64,000 nucleotides of DNA from Kudoa neothunni (GCA_964304625.1 OZ199838.1:5154945-5218944); one strand, 5' to 3'; counted from the stretch's first letter, positions 28,813 through 43,312 are shown. The notes: generated by a model from the sequence alone, not told the origin. Numbers and translations are program-made.

Positions 28813-31587
28813 ATGATGGATGAGTTAGTAGTTTACAAGAGAGGTTAGTTTTTTAGCGTTTTCTGTTAAAATTACCAACCCTCTTTAATTCTTTAAGATG
28901 GCAGAAAAGAGAAGGTTATGTTTGATAAGATTACCTCTCGTATTGAGAAACTCTGTTACAATCTTGATAGCAGATATATTCGCCCTGTAAGTTAACCAAC
29001 CATATTTTATGTCGTATGGGTTCTATATTGAGTATGGTCGATAGAATGAGATCACTCTGAAAGTGATCAATGGTATCTATCCAGGAGTGACTACCGTGGA
29101 GTTGGACAACTTGGCAGCTGAAACTGCCGCTTCGATGACTACACGTCACCCAGATTATGCTATCCTTGCTGCTAGAATTGTGGTATCTAATCTCCACAAG
29201 GAAACCAGACATCATAAATCATTTAGCGGTATTTTTAGCATTTTTTTATTGCACTATGCACCAAAATTTAATGTCACCACATCACATCTTGTTATAATTT
29301 GGAGATTTTAAGCCGGGGGATGACGGCTTTAACTGTGAATGTGTTTTTACGCGCAACTATATTTTGATAAAATTTCATTTTTGTACTATGATGAATACAT
29401 TTGTAGATACAATTCAAATATTGTACGACTATTACTGCCCCAAAACTAATAAACACAGCCCGCTTATCGACGAAAAAGTGTATCACATTATTATGGAAAA
29501 TAAAGATGTAGTTAACGATTGTTTAATTTTGTTGTCTTAAACTACTCGATTAGAAACTCAATTCTGCTATCGTGTACAATCGAGACTATGACTATTCATA
29601 CTTTGGATTTAAAACATTGGAAAGGTCATATTTGATGAAAGTTCACGGAAAGATTATTGAACGTCCACAACACATGTTGATGAGAGTTGCTGTTGGGATC
29701 CATCATGACGATATTGCTGCTGCAATTGAAACCTACAACTATATGTCTGAACGCTGGTTCACACACGCTACCCCAACATTATTCAATGCGGGAACCCCTC
29801 GTCCTCAAATGTCCAGCTGTTTTCTGATAGCCATGAAAAATGACAGTATTGAAGGAATATTTGACACATTGAAGGAATGTGCTCTTATCTCCAAGTTTGC
29901 TGGCGGAATAGGTCTCCACATTCACAATATTCGTGCAACAGGTTCCTACATTGCCGGAACAAATGGCAATTCCAATGGTATTGTTCCTCTATTGAGGGTG
30001 TACAACAATTGCTCTCGTTATGTGGACCAAGGTGGAAACAAACGACCTGGCTCTTTTGCTATCTATCTAGAACCGTGGCATGCAGATGTTGTCGAATTTT
30101 TGGATCTTCGCAAAAATACTGGAAGCGAAGAGGTGAGAGCTAGAGATCTGTTTTATGCGATGTGGATTCCTGATCTGTTCATGAAACGTGTTGAAAACAA
30201 TGAGATGTGGTCGTTGATGTGTCCACATGAATGTCCTGGTTTATCTGATTGCCACGGTGAAGAATTCGAAAAACTGTACACCCAATACGAACAGGAGAAA
30301 CGTTACAAAACACAAATCGAAGCACAAAAGTTGTGGTTTTTCATTTTGGAAGCACAAATCGAAACCGGACAGCCGTACATGTTGTTTAAAGATGCTTGCA
30401 ATATAAAGAGCAATCAAAAAAATCTTGGCACCATAAAATCGAGCAATCTATGCACAGAGATTATTGAATACAGTAGCCATGATGAAACTGCGGTGTGTAA
30501 CCTTGCTTCGTTATCGTTGTCGAAATTTGTTTCTCCACGATCGACCAATGATCCCACCAATGTATTCCACTTTGACAAACTGCACTCTGTCACCAAAGTT
30601 ATTGTGAGGAATCTTAACAAGGTCATTGATCGAAACTTTTATCCCATTCGTGAGGCGTTCAACTCCAATATGCGCCACAGACCTGTTGGTGTAGGAGTTC
30701 AAGGTTTGGCTGATGTATTCGTGATGCTTAGAATGCCATTCGATAGCGATGAAGCTAAAAATTTGAATATCCAAATATTTGAAACTATATATCATGCTGC
30801 GCTTGAGTCGTCGTGTGAATTGGCAGAAAAATTCGGCACATATTCCACCTATGAAGGTTCTCCCGTCAGCCAAGGAATACTACAATATGACATGTGGAAT
30901 GTGACACCCACTGATCTGTGGGATTGGGACTCACTAAAATCCAAAATCAAAGAACATGGAGTCAGAAATAGCCTTCTCGTTGCTCCTATGCCTACTGCTT
31001 CTACTTCACAAATCCTAGGAAACAATGAGGCATTTGAACCTTTCACCAGCAACATCTATTCCAGACGTGTTCTTTCGGGTGAATTCCAAATCGTCAACAA
31101 ATATCTACTCCGTGATTTGGTTGACTTGAATATTTGGAGTGATGACGTCAAGAACCAACTCATAGCAAACAATGGATCAGTTCAGGTACTTACACAGTTT
31201 CTGATGGAACTGGTTGTATTGAATCATCTTTTCTAGAACATCGACGTCATACCAGACAATCTTAAACAACTCTACAAAACAGCCTGGGAACTGTCGATGA
31301 AAACACTTGTCGATATGGCTGCTGACAGAGGTGCGTTTATCGATCAAAGTCAATCATTAAATATCTTCATGGCCCAACCCAACTTTGGCCGTCTCACTAG
31401 TTTGCACTTTTATTCTTGGAAAAAGGGTCTCAAAACTGGAATGTATTATCTGAGGTCCAAACCTGGTGCCAATGCAATAAAATTCACAGTTGATGCGTCC
31501 AAAATTAAACAGAACTCGCAAAAAGGTATCGAGGCTATTACCTGCTCACTTGCCAACAAAGATGAGTGTATGTCTTGTGGTAGTTAG
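28813..31587 (+). CDS. RRM1: Ribonucleoside-diphosphate reductase large subunit
   Basis: ATP-cone start ([26 protein letters not shown]), [30 protein letters not shown] and C-terminal CMSCGS. Introns 28844-28897, 28987-29044, 29229-29406, 29508-29553, 31186-31236. Confidence 0.98.
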
Positions 31588-32073
31588 AAAAAAAGACAAC
31601 ATGACACGCCCAATATTGTGACACTTTGTGTGACCAATTCAACATTATTTTGGTTGGGAATTTGTGTTAATTAGTAACCTAACTGTTCGTTTCGTTTTTT
31701 TTGCACCACTAATTAATTGAGAGTATTTGTATTTTTTCGCTAATTTCAACCTAAAAAGTTCTCATATGCCGTCTATTTGCTTAAATGCTAAGTGCGCCCA
31801 GATTATGGCCATTGACGATAATTTAAAAAAAGCGAGTATTGCTATTGGATGTTATCAAGTATGTGGAACAGTCCCTTCCATAGAGACCAAGTGAATTTGA
31901 TCAGACCCGTTTTTATTAAAATAGAGTGAAACATAATTTATCGGTAAAAATGTCATGTGTATTAGAGTAAGTAAACCACTGCAAACCCAAAACCAAGATA
32001 GCGCGAGCGGGATTAAAGTTGGTCAAACAATGTTAATCCGCCACAGTATTCATGATTAAAGACCTACTCTTAA

Positions 32074-33952
32074 CCGTCGTGAGACCAACTAGAGTCATTT
32101 GTGACCCCAATTTCGATATTTTGACTTTTTTGTGTATTAAACTAAATGATAGAGTTCAAAAATTCAGTATTCCTTAATTAGAGTCTGTGACTGATAATTA
32201 TAAGTTATGAAGAAAGAAATGCATTTGCAGATTTAAATATTTTACTTTAGTAAGCGATGTGCCCGCCATTTCTTTAAAATGTTGCTTTAACGAATTGATA
32301 TCAAAATAACAAATAGTATAAAGATAGCTAATGACATAAATTTGGCTTAAAAAGTATTAGGACGTTACTAGAAGCTAAATGTATACATTTTTTTGATGTC
32401 ATACCGATGGATTCCAGTTCGGCTATGGGAATTATCCAGAGATTATCCTTCAGAAGAGTCTTCAACAAACAATGTAATGAAGGTAGGCATACATCGAATT
32501 TCTATTTTAAATCAAAAAGTAGAGATATCAAGATCCGTCTTCAGGTTTAAAATATATTTATTTGTTAATAAAAATATGTTTTAGTCTGCGCATCCGAATA
32601 ATTACAAGTTAACCACCCACCCTGTCCGGAGTGGGGTATATTGGGTACCCCAAGTTTGTTATTTTTTTGATAGTTTCGATAAGATGGCTCCGCTCACTGC
32701 AAGACTTTAAGAATGCATCCAACATACTACAATTCGTCTTCTTTTATTTTTTAAAAAATAATTACTTTTTGAGTGAATACATTGAAAATTTTTGTTACGT
32801 TACAAATTAAATGCATTATTTTTTAGAAATTTACCGCATAATTTATAAAAATTTTCATGAATTTTTAATTTTTTAAACTAATTGACCTATATGGAAGAAG
32901 CTTCGATAACTTACTTCCCTGAACACGTAGGAGATTAACCGAAATTTAATCCGATATTCCACAATTTCAACCCAACATGCGGTATTACCTAAGCAAAACA
33001 TTTGAAATTTACAGTAAACATATTTAAATTTTTGATAAACTCATTATTTTAACCATATTATGACTTATATAGTTATACAGCACTGTAAACGTTCGTTCGT
33101 TGAAACCAATAAGCCATCATAAGACAATCTAATCCTATCACATGATCCGAACCTAGTTGGAGATTTTGCTGATGGCGTTTTCCTTGTAGGCCAGTCTCTT
33201 TCATTTATTTTTCAATTTCATTATTAAATTTCTTATATAAAAATGTTTTTATACTTCATACATATACATTTTGTTTGATTAAATGCACTAGTAGACATTC
33301 ATTCATCCAAAAATGGGGGCCGTTTTTTTGTCATTTAAACTTATTAATCAAAGTAATTGGAACCATCGACCTTTAGATATATATGTGGAGATATTATTGA
33401 CATACTGAGAAATGTTTAAGAAATTTTATCTTCTAAAATGTTGAGGTACGAGAGTGACCCCATTGGCGCCCGCGTGATTTTTTTTGGCGCCGTACAGAAA
33501 GGGTTAATTGGGAAATGGCGCCCCCATTGAATAAACTAAGATCAAATCAATCTACAACTACACATACGTATTATCGAGAAAGACAGGAGATTGTAATCAT
33601 CAGATGCTTGGGGTCTTATGCTTAAAGTTCATATTAAAACTCAATCAGATATTCTATTATTATCGTTCGCCCCTTGAAAATGTTCTATGATAATGGTATC
33701 TATCTATTTAAGACATTATATCCACTAATATACAAGTAACGTGGGTAATGGTTTATGGAACGATGTAAGCATTTAATAATAACTCAGCAGCGGTAGAAAT
33801 CCCATCACCTAATTTTTATTAAATACACATAATAAATATAACAGCCAGACAGAGTAAAAGATTTTAATTGTTAAAAAAAATGAAAAAGTCCTGGGATCAT
33901 TTTTGACCCCAGTTGGTTTCTCGCGTAGTCTTTGAAGTCGGCCCTGCGAGGG
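32074..33952. mobile_element. Non-autonomous piggyBac element (PB2) containing nested PB3
   Basis: TTAA on both flanks; imperfect TIRs ccgtcgtgagaccaact / agtcggccctgcgaggg; long subterminal inverted repeat 32078-32108 vs 33893-33925. Confidence 0.7.
32613..33503. mobile_element. Probable nested non-autonomous piggyBac (PB3)
   Basis: TTAA flanks; degenerate TIRs (ccacccaccctgtccggag vs reverse complement ccctttctgtacggcg); GGGTA..TACCC palindrome next to the left end. Confidence 0.55.
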
Positions 33953-34224
33953 TTAAAAGAAAGATCAGCAGAGACTCAGCGTAGTGCGTAGTTGATGCGG
34001 AGTTTCAAAGAATAGATTTTATTCGAAAATGTTTTGAATGATATAGTTACCTGTTTTAAAAATGAATGTGAATAGCGTAAAAAATAAATATTCACTATGA
34101 TAGAAGCAACTTATAGTGAATCGTTCATATCTTTGCACATTCGCGACTTTTACGTGTAGAGCGGGGGAAACTTGTATCGTGTGGAGTAAAAGGTTTTAAT
34201 CCACAAATCATACATACGTGATCG

Positions 34225-35907
34225 ATTCGAACCGTCAAATCGGAGGAAAATAGCCGGTTTTTATTTTTTATTCGAAAAAATCGGTTTCCGACTAAAAGGA
34301 ACGTTTGATAATTGGAAGGAAGCGACGTGAATTGACTAATTACTTGATGGAATGGAACGATTTAGGAGCCATTGAGGATTCACAGGCCTGTAAAATTTGC
34401 AAAGGACGTAACGAATTTTTGGTGATACAATCTGATAGCCTTAATATGCTTAACTTATCAGTAAATTTTTCAATTGATACTCTTACTACATTATCTGAGA
34501 AAATAAATTAATAGAAACAAACGAACATTGTACATCACGGATTATTGATTTGATAAAAAATGACTTTGTAATTATTGAAGATAATTTGGTCAAAAATCAT
34601 AAAGATATTACAGGGGGTGACACGTGGTTCGTAATTTGAAGAAATATTAAAAATTAATGTACACATAAGATTATAATAAGTTATTTATTTCTCTAACTAT
34701 TTTAAAACATTTATTTGACCACTATGAATATAAATAAAATATTTTTAAATTAATTAGGTTTTTTCTGGATTATTTTGTAGTGACGTGTGGTTCGTAACTT
34801 TTTCAGGTGCGTTGAGATTTTTCTTTTCGATTGGTGGTGAAATGAGGAACAGAAATAAAAATTAAGTTAGGACTTTAAAAGAGAAATATAAAATAATAAA
34901 GTTTCTCCAAAACCAGCGAGGGCGTGGAGCAGAAACAATATTGAAAATAAAGCCAATATTAGTGATTTTATATGTGATGGTAATTGTAACAGAGACGACA
35001 AAATTCATAAATTTGATGGCGTAGGACGAACGAATTATTCCATTCAAAAGTTCTCCTCTCTCTCGTTTGTCTGATTTAAGATATTACTTGAAATATCATA
35101 GTTTAAATAGTAATAAACATCAAACGGATGTTGAACGAGAAGTACACAATATAATTGTCAGAAAATTTAAAAATATTACAATACCCGAGAAAGTTAACCC
35201 AAATTAAATGATCTTTGTAGTTGATTTATAGCTTTGTATATTCCTTAGTACCACGGGCGCAATCTTAAAAATTACGAACGAGTGGTCACCCACTGTATTG
35301 GCATTGTTCCATTTGAATCTTGAAATAATTTGATATTTAAATGTGAAAATTCGTGTGATGCCACAAATGAAGAAATTAATCGATCAATACTCAAAAATTT
35401 AAGGAAACTTTTCCTTCTCTTAAAATTTTTCAGACGGTGAAATATATTGATCCATACACCCCAGTTACTATTGATAAATTAAATGTTGATTATCTTTATT
35501 ACTTTTCAGAAGATTAAGAGAAGATCGAGGTTAATAACGAGTATTACACTTCTGTAAAATGATAAAATATTCAGCTGGACGTTCAAATATTAATTCCTAA
35601 AATGAAGTGTGGAATGCTTGTCTATTCTTTATTGACTATCAAGATATATTGATGCTGAAAGGAGTTGCTCAAGGTTGCGAAATATATTTGGAAAAGACTG
35701 GATCAATCTTTGTTATGGGCTCCTAACAATGCTCTAAATACTCGATTTTAATGGTCCTTTATAAGTAAAATTAAAATTCAACAATCCATTTTTTTGTAAA
35801 TTATAATTTTTGTTTCTAAAATAAAAGTCTATTTAAATTTGTTTTTCATTTCAGTCGATAAAACCGTCGATTTGAGAAAAAATAAATGTCGAAAATTGCA
35901 TGCCCTA
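34225..35907 (+). mobile_element. Deleted hAT derivative related to the 43.3-45.3 kb element
   Basis: RKRRELTNYLMEWNDL...CKICK matches the N-terminus of the other hAT (RKRRELIDYLIKWSDL...CKYCK). Right end gtcgaaaattgcatgcccta resembles gtcgaaaattgcaaactcta. Left TIR not found. Confidence 0.7.
34611..35295. mobile_element. Tc1/mariner-type MITE nested in the hAT derivative
   Basis: TIRs cagggggtgacacgtggttcgtaattt / aaattacgaacgagtggtcacccactg with TA flanks. Confidence 0.75.
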
Positions 35908-36363
35908 TTTATAAGTTAACTTAACTTACAAAAGGGGTTCGAATCCCAGATCGGACCTTGTGCTACAATATATGCCTAGTTTATTATTTTTACTTGGCTT
36001 TTAAAGCTTTTATTGTTCTAATATATTTGTGCTCGCGTACAAGCCAAAGTTTCGCTCTGCGCCTATTTTCAATACATGTTTAAAAATTAGTTTATGAATA
36101 TTTTTCAAAGATTTTACGCTTATGCGTAATTGACGTTGGCATTTCTTTTAAATATGTTAGAATTATACATTATTTGTTCACGCTAGAAATTTGTGAAATA
36201 TGCTTCTATAAAAATAATGCGAAAATAAAGATCTTAATTTATATTGGGACCTAAAAGAATTTAAACCTATAATTACAATCTAAATGAGGGTTGAAAAATT
36301 ATTAGATCTTTTTATTAGTTCTATACAGTTACAAATGTAAAACAATAACTTATTGATTAAATA

Positions 36364-36790
36364 CCGTGTTTCCCCGAATTTACGACAGGTCTTATATTTT
36401 TGTTAGTCTAATAAGGAGAATTAAGTCTTATATTTGGACAGACAAAACTTCCTATGCATTTGTTAGCTAATATAACAACATTGAAAAGAATTTTTTATAT
36501 AGACAAAATAATATTTTTATTGAAAGAAATGAAATAGAACATATAAGTTGATTATTATGTTTACATGTAATTTAAAAATGAAAATAAAATAACAGAAAAA
36601 TCCCGAAATCTACGTGTTCAATGAATATTTTACCTTTAAATTTTTGTATATTATTAACCACTCAATAAAATTATATTATTAGACATTTTGTTATAACATT
36701 TAGAATATCCATATTTTGAATGTTTTATTAGATCATATACTAAAACCCAGATAAAGAATACTATTAGGTCTTATTTTCGGGGAAACAAGG
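36364..36790. mobile_element. pogo/Tc2-like MITE
   Basis: TIRs ccgtgtttccccgaa / ttcggggaaacaagg with TA flanks. Confidence 0.75.
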
Positions 36791-38340
36791 TAATATTAAA
36801 GAATTAGTAACCAAAGGTCAGATGGAACCATTAGAGTTGAAGCTTAAGGATAGTGGATGAATCGACTTCAAATATAGCCTTAAATAGTTAACATTTTTAA
36901 ATGTTCTTTTTCTTATGGCAAATGGCTATTGCAACGCATATTTATAGTCCCATAAACTCTTTTTTGTAGTTAATAAAAAAACATTATTTTTTAGAATCTT
37001 CTGCATTAAATTATTCTGGACCCATGCTACCGCTTTTAGGGAAACAAATAACAAGTACAGTCCTAATGGAGAAATTACACTCACCTGAATATTATGATCC
37101 GTTGCACTAGTCATTCCTTTTTCTTCTCTTATTCTCTTAAAAAAAATGTCACTAACACATGGCGACAGAATTCTTACTTTGGAAAAATCGAAATTGATGA
37201 TTGTAACGTATGTCGAGCTATTAACTAAAGATATTTTCATTCATTGTGTTTTAATCTAACGATTAACACAACGGTTTTTGAGCATATTAAAGGTTTAGGA
37301 GCGGCCAATCCATGTTTATATTATCTAAAAATACGAAAGGAATTATCTTTAAGAGAAAACTTATTTTAGAGTCTATAAATGTGAACCCTTTAAAATTATC
37401 CAGATATTTAAAACTCTAAAGTATGATTGTTTAGGTGTCACATATCCATTTTTAAATTAGTGAATAATATAAAATGGATTTAGAATTAATTTTGAGGTCA
37501 AATCATACATCCAATACACTGCACTGTCCAACCTCTGGATTAAATTAGCTCTAAAGTATTTACTATGAATCAACTTGATAATAGTTTCATTAATATTAAG
37601 AAAATTATTATTTTCAAACGTAACGCGAGAAAAATATTTCTAATACTGCGGTAAAGCTTATTAGATGCATTACTAAATATTAATATAGATTAATAGATTC
37701 AGTAAAATAAAGATGAAACATGCATCTAGATACTCAATTTTTTGAAATAAACCAATTAAAAAAATCTAATTTTTAAATAAGACGAAAATATAAATATTTT
37801 CCACTGAATATAATTTATTGTAAAACTTTATCCGCAGTTTGGTTATTTTAGCAGTCAAATAAACTTTTCATTCATTAGATACTTAAACGAATTCTTATGA
37901 TATTTTTCTATAAAGCTAATCTAGATATCAATTACGTATTCATTTTAGATAATAACTCATATTGTATCAAATGAAAGCACTTTATTTTTAGACAAGAATA
38001 CGTTTAATGATTTCTTTAACATTATAAACTTTTCCATGGGTCATAAAAAACAATCATGCACGATCGAAAACTCACACTATCTTATAATTATTATTAAGAA
38101 TTAAAATTTCCGGTTTCCCCTTCAAAACGAGGCATGACAATATATTTTTTTCAATGCGGAGATATGATTGCTACATTGGTTACAGTGTACTGTATCCAAT
38201 TGTGACGACAACCTACAGTGATAATACCAACCAATTTCTGTCTGGATAATCTTTTTACCAAGCTCTCTAATTTTAATAAAGAGGGATCATTAGATTTGTA
38301 TTGAGTGTCTTAAAATATTAAATATTGTTAATCGTCGAAA

Positions 38341-39470
38341 ATGAGCAGTAATAATGTTTCTTCGACCCGATGGAAGGGTGATCGCGAAGTGATGGCATTT
38401 TTGTCGGTAGTATTGACGGGTTTTACATTAAAAATGGGATTTTGCATATATTTAACCTATTGTATTTTAAAAAACAAACAGTTTTCGAGTCCGATTCAGA
38501 TATGTAATTTCTGCATGTATTTGACGATGTATTTGAGCTTGATCATTACTCCACTTGAAACTTACGGTCAATTGTTCGATCCAACCTTTGGTGGTGTAGC
38601 CGGCTGCAAAATAAGTACATACGTAGCTAACGTTTACATGTATAGTTGCACTGCATTAATTAATTTGTTGTGCTTGCTTCGATATTTCGCAATATGCAAA
38701 CCACAAATCTACTACAAAATAAGTAAAAATTCAAAAATAACGTTTCTATCAATTGCTATCCTCGTATGCTTGCTGTCAATTCCTCATTTTCTAGTACATG
38801 ACCTAATAGAAACTGATGGAAAAACGGTATAAGCCTTATTGTTTTGTCATGTAATTAGATTTTACTAAAAACTGGCACTAGATTTGTGGAATTCAGTCAT
38901 CAAAGTATGTCGATCACAAGCTATTATATAAGATACAGATCTTGTTGATCCATTTGTGCACTATTCCAATAGTCATATTCACCCAAATTAAAATCTATCA
39001 ACAATATCGGCGACTCATGCGAACAAATAGCAATAAAAAAGTGTCTGACAACTCCAATGTTCAACGAAATCAATCTGTAATTCTATATGTTCTTGAGATA
39101 AGTTACATTGGTTCTCAGGCTATCCCGAACGGAAATAGTATGACCGACGCATCAAAATATTCTGGCTACAATAAAGTGCTTTTGTATTTGGTGTTAAATG
39201 CGACTATCTTCATTTTGATATATTTGCCTTATTCCGTTGTAAGGATGTTGCAAATGTATTCCATTAAAGTAAATGGTTATATTTACAAATTTTGTTGCAT
39301 TCTTTTGATGTTTTTTTCCGTATTCTATGCATGTTTAAACATACTTTTTGATACAACATTGCAAGAAACATTAAAATTGAACTGGTGTTTTAAGTGTTGC
39401 CGTTCCATGAAGGTAAATTTTAGTGGATATTTTTATGCTCACTCTAACGAATTATATTTTTTAGAAATAA
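38341..39470 (+). CDS. Divergent rhodopsin-like (class A) 7TM GPCR, orphan
   Basis: Seven hydrophobic segments, TM3 Cys (GCKIS), LRYFAICKP at the DRY position, ECL2 Cys (ICG), TM6 YLPY. Intron 38827-38881 joins the two ORFs. Probable terminal intron 39413-39464; otherwise the stop is at 39475. Confidence 0.8.
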
Positions 39471-40095
39471 TCTAATTACTTTCCTCTCTTACAAGTCTAT
39501 ATGGACTTATTATGTTAACTTGGAGGGACGAATTCGTATATATCTCCTCTATATCATTGCTTGTTTCTTTTTTGGTGTTATTTGTATATAAAACATTATA
39601 TAAAATAAATTTAAGAATATAATTTTTGCATTCAATTTCTTTTGGTATTAGTAATGGAATAACAGTATGAGTTATTGTTCAAATAAATAAATAAATAAAA
39701 TCCAGTTATTAAGGTTTAGACTCCGTTACTCGATTTATTAGTACAGTATTTAAAGATCAAAATACAACTTGTCTATATCGGAAGGCAGTGTCTATTGCTA
39801 CGGGAGGGAATAACTCTAAATCTAAGAACCCAGTTAAAATTTGAACTTCACGTTTGTAATTAATGATTGTTGACCTAACGAAACCAACTGTTTCGGAGAA
39901 AATTTGAGCTGTGGAAATTTCTAATATAGTGACAATAAATTTCGTGTTTTATGTTTTGTTATTAGTCATGTTAAATAAATATTTTAATTTTGTATTAATA
40001 AAAGTTTCGTTAGCAAAAAAACCAAATACCAGACATTGTGTTTTATGCATAAAAACGTCCGTCCTATTACCTCTGATTGTACCTAATATGTTTAA

Positions 40096-42462
40096 CCCAT
40101 TAAGGTTTGTTGGTTCGAAAACGACCCACCAGTAATCCCCTTTTATTTACAAAGCTAAAATGTTTATATCTCTCTATTTACGAGGAATGAATCTTTAACG
40201 TTTCAACATTTTAAAAGTATCACTGTGATATTTTAAAAATAATTAGGCCATTAATTATTGTTCTATTTGCCGTAAATTCACTCGTTATTAATAATAGTGC
40301 GATAAATTCTGTTCAATCAACAATATTTATTTTTAAACTTTGTTGGAATATTTGAAATAACTAGGTAAAGTTTCTTAGTCTTAATGAGTTTACCGTTATC
40401 GTTGTTAGAATGATAGTAAACATATTTGTTTACGGGGTCCAAAACAACCCAATAAACACTCCGGGCACGTTGGGATTCTAATTAATGATATCGGATTTCA
40501 GTGAATATGTCAAGTTAAGTGATGCTATTAATGTCATTGTAGATGAAGATTTTGTTGAAATTTCAGATATCATTGCCTTACCTCCAGAAAGTGTTGACTT
40601 TGTTACAGACACGGGGGATAATTGTTTTCCTATATGTGACAACATTACAAGCAATAATGATATTCCAGAAATTGCAGGCCATGTCGAATTATATAAATAT
40701 ATAGAAAAGGATTATGATGAAAACTATACATCAAAAAACATTTTTTGGGAGACTGCTATTCTGACGGATCATCATGAACGGGCTGATATAAGTCAACCTA
40801 ACATTAATATTGATGACTTAAACGAAGGTATACAATATACAATTATGTTTTAAATGATATGTAGGATCATACGAAATTTTCCAAAAGTTTTTTGACAAAA
40901 ACATCATGCTCCACATTGTGAAGCAGGGCAATCTGTATGCTAAACAAAACAATGACCACTCATTCAATGTAACCATCAACGAACTAAAATCATTTATTGG
41001 AATATTAATTCTCTCAGGCTATCATAAACTTCCGAGTCAAAAAATGTATTGGGAAACCGCAGAGGATTCTGGGGTAGGCTTAGTGAAGAAGGCCATAACC
41101 TTAAAACAATTTAAAGAAATAAAAAAGTATACAAATTTTGCCAATAATAATATGATAGATAAGGATGATAAATCATTCAAAATACGACCATTGATCAAAA
41201 AACCAAATAAAAATTTCAAGATTTTTAGGTTTTTTGATAAAATAATTTCGGTAGACGAGCAGACGGTTCCATATTATGGAATGCATTCGTCTAAAATGTT
41301 TATTAAGGGAAAGCCAATTCGTTTCGGCTTCAAAATCTGGGTTATGGCGAATAGAGCGGGATATATTTATAGTTTCAAAGTCTCTTGCGATAAGGAAACA
41401 CAAAATACATATTCCGGGTTAGGAGAAAGTGTGGTTATGAATTTCATAAGCGAAATGAATGATAAATCAGGTGTTGAAGTTTATTTCGACAACTTTTTTC
41501 ATCACATAAACTTTTCACACTTTTGAGGAGCATAAATATTAATGCGATCGGAATTGTTAGAGCAAACCGAACTGGCCCCTGTCCAATTGGACCACAAAAT
41601 CATTTTAAAAAAACGATAGAGGATTTTTGGAACTTTTCACTAAGGTAATGGAATCGTTTGTGTCCAATGGAACGACACTAAACCCGTCAATTTGATGAGT
41701 AATTTTTCATCTTGTTTTCCTACCCTTTCCGTAAGGAAATACTCTCAAAAAGAAAAAAAATATATTTCAATACCACAACCAAAAATTATTAGCAAATACA
41801 ATAAGAATACGGGTGGGGTAGACCTCACTGACAATGCAATAGCTAATTACCGAATATCTATAAAGGGGAAGAAATGATATTGGAAATTATTCACAAACTT
41901 CTTATCTATGTGTGTCACCAACTCTTGGAAACTGATACGAAAGAGTTCAAATTCGAAACTTACATTATTACAACACACACGAATAATTGTTTCCGGATTA
42001 ATAACTTCTCGTGTTAATGAAAATGGAAGAACAAGACCGTCGATTGCTTTAAATATTTTAATGAATGCATGTTTAGGTGATTCCCTTATCAGTGATCCAG
42101 AAAGAAGAAGAACAAGATGAGTTGTATGTCGCAATAAAACCTACCATTATTGTGAAGGATGTGACTCAAGACTACATTTAAAATGTTCATCCCATTTTTC
42201 ATAAAAAAATAGGATCAATATTATTCATTTTCGTTATTTAAATTCAAACTATTATTGTAAATTTAATGAAATATTGTTAAAATTTAGGCGCAGACGCGAA
42301 TCTGGGATGTTTGTTGGGGCGAAAACGACCCAGTCGTTTTAGTGTGTTTTATTTACGCTCAATACAATATGTTCAAGTAAAATTGTTTTTTCAGATTGTT
42401 AAAATAAATTTTTTTATGTTTCTAAAATTTCGTTAATTTTCATCGACCAAAACCTTAATGAG
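40096..42462 (+). mobile_element. piggyBac element with fragmented transposase (PB4)
   Basis: TTAA flanks; TIRs cccattaaggttt / aaaccttaatgag. Transposase motifs ISVDEQTVPYYG, KGKPIRFGFKIW, YFDNFF, YNKNTGGVDLTD and a C-terminal Cys-rich relic, split by stops and frameshifts. Confidence 0.93.
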
Positions 42463-43312
42463 TTAATACCTTATTTGTGTTATTATTCGACATTTAATAA
42501 TGATATAGGTTTTTGTACCAATATTTTAAGTAGAAAACCCCGTTTTAAATTATCACACTGTTAAAACACAAATGTAGCAAAGACGTTGATTTTAATTTAA
42601 TTTTAGTTTTTGAATTAAAATAACATAGAATGCAACAAAATTTTATTTACTTTGAATTCTACTGTGTAATAATATATTAAATAAATATTTCAAGTTTTTT
42701 AGTTTATATATAAATAAAACTTTAAAAGAGGTGATTATTTTGATTTTTAAAATAAACTAATGATAAAACAACATTTACTAATTGTTTTTTTATTTCCTAA
42801 AAATTGAATTATTTTTATACGCCTTCGCTACCTTTCCAAAAAATTTTAAACAGGATAAATATGGATCAGCCTTTTTTGCTTTGATAATATTACAGCTTTA
42901 TTTTGTTGACACATTTGGATTATATGTAATTTTAACCGCCTTTATAATCTGAAAAATACCTAACAAAGCATAAAATTGGACTTTAGGTTTGAGTTCATCC
43001 TACCTATACTAAAAAATTATACATTTACGAATCAATTTCCGATTATATTACAACATAGTGCGTTAAACATTTTCTAACACTCTTATAAGAACAGTTCATT
43101 TTACTCACTATAAATAAAAAGACAAGATTATTAGAATTCAGGAATTATTTTTAAATTAATTAATTTTATACAATAATATCTGCCGATTGTGCATAAATCA
43201 TGCATTCTGCATCAAATACGCAAATCTATTCTCATCCGATTCAATCAACACAACGTGATAAGATATGAAATCGTGCCTTTCAATAAAATAACGTCTAATA
43301 ATACATAACAAT

